A stretch of 64,000 nt of DNA from Cyanidioschyzon merolae (Eukaryota), in the NCBI GenBank assembly GCA_000091205.1, contig AP006502.2. One strand, given 5' to 3'. The position numbers were made by a program, and so were the translations under genes. Below, in pieces: positions 57,799-64,000 of the stretch; positions within the stretch are counted from its first letter, which is position 1; every line of letters starts with the position of its first letter. The notes below the pieces were generated by a model. That model made no database searches and was not told the origin of the DNA. It saw only the letters and a program-made list of their open reading frames with translations.

Positions 57799-58620
57799 TC
57801 AATGTCCGACGCGACCCAGGCGCGCCTCAGTACGAGGGTTCGCAGTCATCGTCTGTGCTCGTTCGAGAGCGGCGTTCAGTAGATGCTGCGTGTAGAGGAG
57901 TTCTTCGTTATGCAACTGGCGCCCAATACGTTGAAGCTGTGCATAGACTCCGGATGGCAATGCACATGTTGCGTCGGAAACTGTGGTTTCCGTGCACATG
58001 GGCTCCGGAGTAGCTTGCGCCTCTGAGGGAACGCCTCCAGTCGCCGCCAGAGCTGTAGTTGCCGGTGCATCCGCACGGCTGCATGGTGGTAGCCATTGTT
58101 CGCGTGGTGGCCAACGCGTTATCGCCCAGTGCGCCCCTGCACGAAGCACCTCCCGAGCTGATGCGGCCGGTAGCGCCAGCTCAGCTCGCAGCAAGTCGAA
58201 GCTTGCGGGGTCCAAGTCCTGCGTTTCCAACGGCAGCTTCTTGTCGTCTGCTCTTACAAGTTCCTCACTTAGAGCCATAGTTTCCGCAATGAAATCGGTG
58301 TCCAGCTCTTCATCGACGACGCAACCGGCGTGCTCCGCGAGCTCGTCACGAAAAGCGCAATCAACTGCTCTAGAAAGAAGAAACTCGCGCACGAGACTCG
58401 GGTCTGTAGCAGGATCCCACGGGCACTCTGCAGCGTCACGCAGGTATGTTCGCAGTGCCGCGTCGTCGCCTCTCTTGAGAGGTTCCCGAGCAGCCGGCTC
58501 CCAGAGACGCAGTTGCGTGTCCTCCAGCCAAGCGACTTGGATCACCAGCGGTGCACGCTCGACAATGGTGTCAGGCGCATCGAGCGCGAGCCATACGAAC
58601 CGCTCCCACTGGTTCGCCAT
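57799..58620 (-). CDS. Hypothetical acidic protein
   Basis: 273 codons from the first ATG at 58620 (MANQWERFVWLALDAPD...). Coding-like composition. No motif I can assign. Confidence 0.3.
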   Translation of the reverse strand: MANQWERFVWLALDAPDTIVERAPLVIQVAWLEDTQLRLWEPAAREPLKRGDDAALRTYLRDAAECPWDPATDPSLVREFLLSRAVDCAFRDELAEHAGCVVDEELDTDFIAETMALSEELVRADDKKLPLETQDLDPASFDLLRAELALPAASAREVLRAGAHWAITRWPPREQWLPPCSRADAPATTALAATGGVPSEAQATPEPMCTETTVSDATCALPSGVYAQLQRIGRQLHNEELLYTQHLLNAALERAQTMTANPRTEARLGRVGH

Positions 58621-59816
58621 GTCAGCCCCAGTCACTACGAAGAGACAACCAGTCACGGCGCTTTCGAACCTGCGCCTCTACCCTGTAAGTCTACCACGCG
58701 TTGCAGTGCAACAGCGTCAAACGTCAATGTCTTATGAAGCAACGTCGCCGAACGCTGCCGGTCAGGCGGTACGCGTCACTGCGAAAAGTGAATCCTCATG
58801 TGAGGCGCACCTGCTCCGTGCATCTACGGGGTCGTTTCTATGAAGCAGTTTTTCGGACGAGAATGTTCATTGGGGATGCCGTCGACTAGGTCATTAGGGT
58901 CCTGCCACCAAAGGCAGTGTATATTGTCCACTCTGGTGTCAGGAAGAAAGCTGCACCTTTTTACAGACCGCCGCTTCTAGGTGGACCTACCATTCTTGAG
59001 CGGCGTTTGCGGATATAGAACGCAAAGCCGGCACCGGACCGCATGCTGACTGAACCAAGAAGCTCGTTTATGGACACCAAAGACACACGTTCTACCTCCC
59101 GGGTGGTAGGTCCCGCGAACCGAATGAGCACACAGGTCTAGCGTGTCGTGCACCTGCTCACTTGTTGGTATCGAGCCAAGGCCTGCATCACGAACTGGCG
59201 ACGCAGTTCATGCATGGTGGCGAAGGTAGCGTTCAGTGCCCGGATATTCGTGCTACTTGCCGGATTCGCTCCACGATTCGCACCACACACTGGCAAGCCT
59301 GTACATGTCGAGCGTCGGAGCAGAAACGAACCACGAGACCTGACCTCGCCTCGAGTCGACGTACTCCATGGCATGGTAACGCAGTGCCAACTCCGTGTTG
59401 TGTCCGTACCGATCATACAGGTGCTGCGGCGGGTGCTCGCAGCAGGCACTCGACGCTCCGCGAAAACCTACGAACGGACTAGTACCGCCCGGGAAAAGGA
59501 CGTCCAGCGGCTAATCGAACGCGGATCTCGGGTCTGGAAAGAAGGACGCTTTCCCGAATGCCGGTATACACAGAGTCATCAATCTAGGATCCTTCGTCCG
59601 TGTAAACGTGATGTCCTTGGAAACAGGTTACCAGGTCTGACTGCCTGCAAGCACTCCAGAGTACTAGCGGCACTGAGCGGCAACTGGCGTGGAGGCTTCG
59701 GATGCGCTTCCCGGGGTGCATCGCTCGATTCACCGATCGCTGGTAAATGGATCACCCTGACTTGTGCGTAACTGGAACCTTCTAAATATCATTATTGGGA
59801 GGCAAGCGTTCCCCTT

Positions 59817-61715
59817 ATGTGCCTACAAAACGGAGACACGTGGACTGCATTCGTAGCGGCACCGTTGGGTCGCACGCTTGCACCGGCACCAGTGCTGGTG
59901 AGGTGTCGAACGGGGCTGTCGACTGGTGCAACGTCGCCGCGGTACGCTACCACTGGGCAGGCACACGACAACAACGCTCGCGTGTACGTTCGGGGTGGTG
60001 TACGCTTGAGAACTGGTTGGCGACAGAGCCACTGCTCGATGCATCAGGACGGCACAGACGCTTTTCGTGTTATTCGTTCCGCTCGGGAGCTGCTCGAGGC
60101 ACGAGGCTACGAGCCGTCGGAGTTCGGGCTCCGTCCCAGCGGTGAACCCCGGCGAGCGGTCGTCATCGGCGCCGGGCTAGCAGGTCTCGCGACCGCCATG
60201 GAGCTTGCCGACGTTGGCTTTGCGGTGGATATCTTCGAAACGCGCAACTTTTACGGAGGCAAGGTCGGTTCCTGGCAGGACAGAGACGGTAACCATATCG
60301 AAATGGGACTGCATGTCTTTTTCGGGTGCTACTACAACTTGTTTGCGATCATGCGTCAGCTGGGCGTTCTCGATCAGCATTTCCTTCCCAAAGAACATCG
60401 CCATATCTTTGTGAACCGTGACGGGCGTCTGGCGGAGCTAGACTTTCGATTTGGACCAGTGGGGGCACCCTGGAACGGCCTCAAGGCGTTCTTCACCACC
60501 GAGCAGCTGAACTTGATCGATAAACTGCGGAACGCGATCGCGCTTGGCACATCGCCCATCATTCGAGCACTGGTCGACTTTGACGGTGCGATGGAACAAG
60601 TTCGAGAACTGGACGAAATGAGTTTTACACAATGGTTCATGCGTCACGGTGGCAGTCGCGGCAGCATTGAACGCTTGTGGAATCCCATTGCATATGCACT
60701 CGGCTTCATCGACTGCGATCAGATCAGTGCTCGTTGTATGCTGACGATCTTTCAGCTTTTCGCTGTTCGGACGGAAGCGAGTCAGCTTCGGCTTCTGATT
60801 GGCGCCCCGGTCCAGTACATGCTCAAGCCCATGCTAGAGTATATCAAGGCACGCGGCGGTCGCTTATATCTTCGACAGGGTGTTCGAAGTTTCATCACCG
60901 AGTCGGATGCGGAAACCGGCCAGGAACGCGTGGTAGGTGTACGAGTCCGTTCTGCTGCTTCGACATCCGCCACGAAGAACCGGGCAGTGTCCAGCACGTA
61001 CGTGCCAGCTGATGTCGTGGTCGCTGCCCTAGACGTGCCCGGGATGAAACGATTGATTCCAGACTCGTGGTGTGAGCAGTACGAATACTTTGCCAATATC
61101 AAGCGTCTGGAGACGGTGCCTGTGATCACAGTACAGTTACGCTTCAATGGCTGGGTAACGGAGCTCGCAGACGGGTCCCTGCATCGAGACGGCGACGCTC
61201 GCGGTCTGGATAACTTGCTTTACAGCGCGGATGCGGATTTCTCCTGTTTCGCTGACCTTGCGGTAACGTCCCCCGCGGATTACTACCGAGCTGGACAGGG
61301 CTCGCTTCTACAGTGTGTGATTACGCCCGCCGATCCCTATTTGCACATGGCGGATGCAGCGATTGTTGCCAAGGTTTGCAGCCAGGTCCAGGAGCTTTTC
61401 CCTAGTGCCCGCAACCTGCAATGCATCTGGAGCAACGTTGTTAAGTTAGGACAAAGCCTTTATAGAGAGGCACCTGGCGCTGAGCGGTATCGACCGACAC
61501 AGCGATCGCCGATCGCGAACTTGTATCTCGCGGGGAGCTACACCCAACAGGATTATATTGATTCACAGGAGGGGGCGGTGCGGAGCGGACGGCTCGCAGC
61601 CCAAGCGATCGTCGAAGACCTGCTCACTGCCATGAAACAGGGCAACGGGGCAACGCTGACCTATGCCGCTGCACCGCCAATGCAACGTTCTACGCTCTCG
61701 ACGGAAGCGTCCTAG
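59817..61715 (+). CDS. PDS: 15-cis-phytoene desaturase, plant/cyanobacterial type (PDS/CrtP), with an N-terminal presequence
   Basis: FAD-binding dinucleotide fold [72 protein letters not shown]. ...[31 protein letters not shown] is the C-terminal conserved PDS motif. A roughly 110-aa N-terminal extension is rich in R, S, T and A. ATG start verified. Confidence 0.9.
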   Translation: MCLQNGDTWTAFVAAPLGRTLAPAPVLVRCRTGLSTGATSPRYATTGQAHDNNARVYVRGGVRLRTGWRQSHCSMHQDGTDAFRVIRSARELLEARGYEPSEFGLRPSGEPRRAVVIGAGLAGLATAMELADVGFAVDIFETRNFYGGKVGSWQDRDGNHIEMGLHVFFGCYYNLFAIMRQLGVLDQHFLPKEHRHIFVNRDGRLAELDFRFGPVGAPWNGLKAFFTTEQLNLIDKLRNAIALGTSPIIRALVDFDGAMEQVRELDEMSFTQWFMRHGGSRGSIERLWNPIAYALGFIDCDQISARCMLTIFQLFAVRTEASQLRLLIGAPVQYMLKPMLEYIKARGGRLYLRQGVRSFITESDAETGQERVVGVRVRSAASTSATKNRAVSSTYVPADVVVAALDVPGMKRLIPDSWCEQYEYFANIKRLETVPVITVQLRFNGWVTELADGSLHRDGDARGLDNLLYSADADFSCFADLAVTSPADYYRAGQGSLLQCVITPADPYLHMADAAIVAKVCSQVQELFPSARNLQCIWSNVVKLGQSLYREAPGAERYRPTQRSPIANLYLAGSYTQQDYIDSQEGAVRSGRLAAQAIVEDLLTAMKQGNGATLTYAAAPPMQRSTLSTEAS

Positions 61716-62369
61716 CGGTAGCGTCTTGTCGTGGTATGCGGCGTTGCCTCGACTCGTTGTGCGCAGATGCCTTGCGAATATAGGAGCTCAGTGTCAGCGG
61801 AGTTCGGCTGATGGTGAGGCTACGATGCTGCCACGTTTTGGCGTGACAGCAGAAGGAACGGACGCAGCATCGCGCGTGCTGCTGGATTCCGAGCTGTGAA
61901 CTCTGGAACACCTGTGCCAGCACCCCCGTTTCATTTTGGATCGTTTGTCTCCCCGCAATTCAACAGCAGGATTTGTATCCTGTAGACGGCAGGGAGGTTG
62001 CCGAAAATCGTTATACTGTCACTGCAAGCATTCGAAAAAAATGACGTTGACGAGTACGTCATGTTGCTCTCAGCAGGTGATTGAACTTGTCTTCTCGTTG
62101 TGTTCATTCGGAAGGTTGTGTATTCATGCTAGAACTTTCCATAGTCTATCCACACAAATGTCTCTTCGTGAGTTGATTTCAGCGCGTAGTTTCTCTGAGA
62201 TTTACAACCGGAGTACCCAGAAGATAAGAATTTTTCACACGGGTGATCTGGACGGTGTCAAAGAGACAATGATAAACACAGAAAAGAAGCGCGCTTCTGT
62301 CAGCGACGGCCTCCGGTTCAGCAATACGACATCGAGCACGCACTGAAACGCAAACCCGAATGATAGTTG

Positions 62370-64000
62370 GCACTGGTTTTCGCCTCAGTCGATGAGTCTT
62401 TATCGGGAATGACTGATTCATCTGTATACGGGTATTCAAAGGGAGACAACCTGCTGTTCGTAAGGAAGAGACGAGCGAGCATGCCGATATCATCCGTTTG
62501 CGGGCGATTCAATCGTACGATCGCCTAAACAGGTAACACAATACGCGGGACCTAACAGCACCTCATCCTTCATCGAGGCACTCGTCGGGTTTCCCGCTTC
62601 CTATGATGTTCCGTGCTGCTTTCAGGAAACGCTGGTTTCCATCACTCAGAATCTGCCAAGGAGTATGCAACTGAGGCTGGCATTGAGCCGCTCTTCGTGC
62701 CCGCCTATTCTTTCTGGCTCACTCCGATTGAGGGCGCTCCCTCTGTTCCCGAACGCCATTGTTACGTTAACGGATCATTAGACGGGTCACTCGCTTCTGC
62801 GACACCGTTCTTTGAGGAATCGTTCTCTGCACTCAACAATCCTGAGCCGCTGTGTTGCTTTTCTGCTCGTTGGCGGGATGGGGTGCAAGCGCGCGCTTCG
62901 GTCTGTGGGTGTTCGCGCTACGGAAAACGCCATGAAAAGGCACCTGAGACAGCACAGATCCATGGAGACATAGAAGGAGCGAGTTCCGGAGCCACCGTCT
63001 ACCCAGTGCCTCTGGAATCCGACGAGAAAGCGTACATAGCGTACAGCGACGATACCCATGACTCCCCGCCATGTCAAGGACACGGCGACGGAAGAGCTGG
63101 TCTCCGCGGGCAAGTACGCAGCATTCGAACAACTCTGCGAAGGGCAATCAGGAACGCGCCCAGGTTTTCTTGCCTACAGGGATAGGCTGAAGGAAATGTA
63201 CACGGGCGACAGACGCTGATGGAATATCAATCAGCACGCACTTTGTGAAGCCGGGACCTCTGTCGCGACATTGGACGCATGCCCGAGCCCTCACAGTAGA
63301 GGAAGCGAAGCGAACGACTTTGTGGCGGGCGTGGATCCCGCGTCGAAGAACATCGCATTCATCGCCGTATCGCTAGATATAGCGGACGCAACCAAAGACC
63401 TGACCTGAAAACAGGTGAAGCCGTTTAACTTTCCCACTACTCCATTTCATTGGGATTCGGGTACGGTGGAAGTCAGGAGGTATCCGAACATCTGGAACGA
63501 CAAGGTCGGAACCGATCCCGATGCACCGAGCACCGTACGGAGCAGAGGCGAATGCTTCGTGCGCTTCATTCAGGAAGTACGCGAGTGTCGAAATGAACCA
63601 TATGGGCGGTTGCTGGCAGGATAACCTGGGATCACGCTGAACTCGGCAACGGTATCGGTAGAACGTAGACACGACTCGCGCATTCGCCACTTCCCTCAAC
63701 GGGCCGGAAACCAGGTGATCTCAAAGTCGTGTCGTTTGGTGATGCAAGTCAATGGCATTAGACGTGCTGCAATGCCCAGAAGCCCGCACTCCCGGTCAAA
63801 CGGCCAGACCGAACAACGAGTCCAGGAATCGAGTATCTGCGAGACCCATCGATGCGTTCAGCACGACATGTGTACGCATCACGAGCATGCGGGACCGCTG
63901 AATCTGGTAGAAAGAAGAGCGCGACACATAGACGGATGCACGAGAAGGTGCACAGTGAGGTGACTGAGCGTCAAATGGCGAGGCAGTTGCAGGTGGGAAA
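62370..64000 (+). mobile_element. Tc1/mariner/IS630-like DDE transposon remnant, repeat copy 2, truncated by the window end
   Basis: 62454-64000 is about 98% identical to 45953-47499 at a constant offset of 16,501 bp. The ORF 62613-63185 is the same transposase-tail ORF with a few substitutions. Similarity decays gradually to the left of 62454 (45953 in copy 1). Confidence 0.5.

Overview
GC-rich, gene-dense, apparently intron-poor nuclear-type eukaryotic DNA. The host looks like a photosynthetic protist or alga: there is a plant-type phytoene desaturase with an N-terminal presequence, a BASS transporter, YGGT, and a PurN with presequence. About 16 host genes are recognisable as long intronless ORFs. 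They include a Nug1/GNL3-type GTPase, ClpX, a cullin, an eIF2B-family subunit, peptide:N-glycanase, an EamA transporter, a PSMD9/Nas2-like PDZ protein, BASS, YGGT, PurN and PDS. The most striking content is four copies (A-D) of a roughly 3-kb repeat family. Each copy encodes a 750-780 aa protein with a TnpB/Fanzor-like split RuvC nuclease: GADPGN RuvC-I, then a Cys/His cluster after an E..TS motif, then a NRDxNAAINI RuvC-III. Each copy also has a conserved 5' leader and a conserved 3' tail that is a candidate guide-RNA (omega-RNA) scaffold. All four ORFs carry defects. Copy C is closest to intact, with one poly-A frameshift and one in-frame TAG. Copies A and B lie head-to-head about 60 bp apart. 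A second repeat family is a roughly 1.6-kb direct repeat, about 98% identical in its core, carrying the C-terminal LPPYSPxLNPIE end of a Tc1/mariner/IS630 DDE transposase. Its two copies sit exactly 16,501 bp apart and flank the segment holding BASS, YGGT, PurN and PDS. The supplied ORF track uses bacterial alternative start codons (GTG/TTG); where that matters I moved the start to the first in-frame ATG. No rRNA, tRNA or CRISPR array was recognised by eye.
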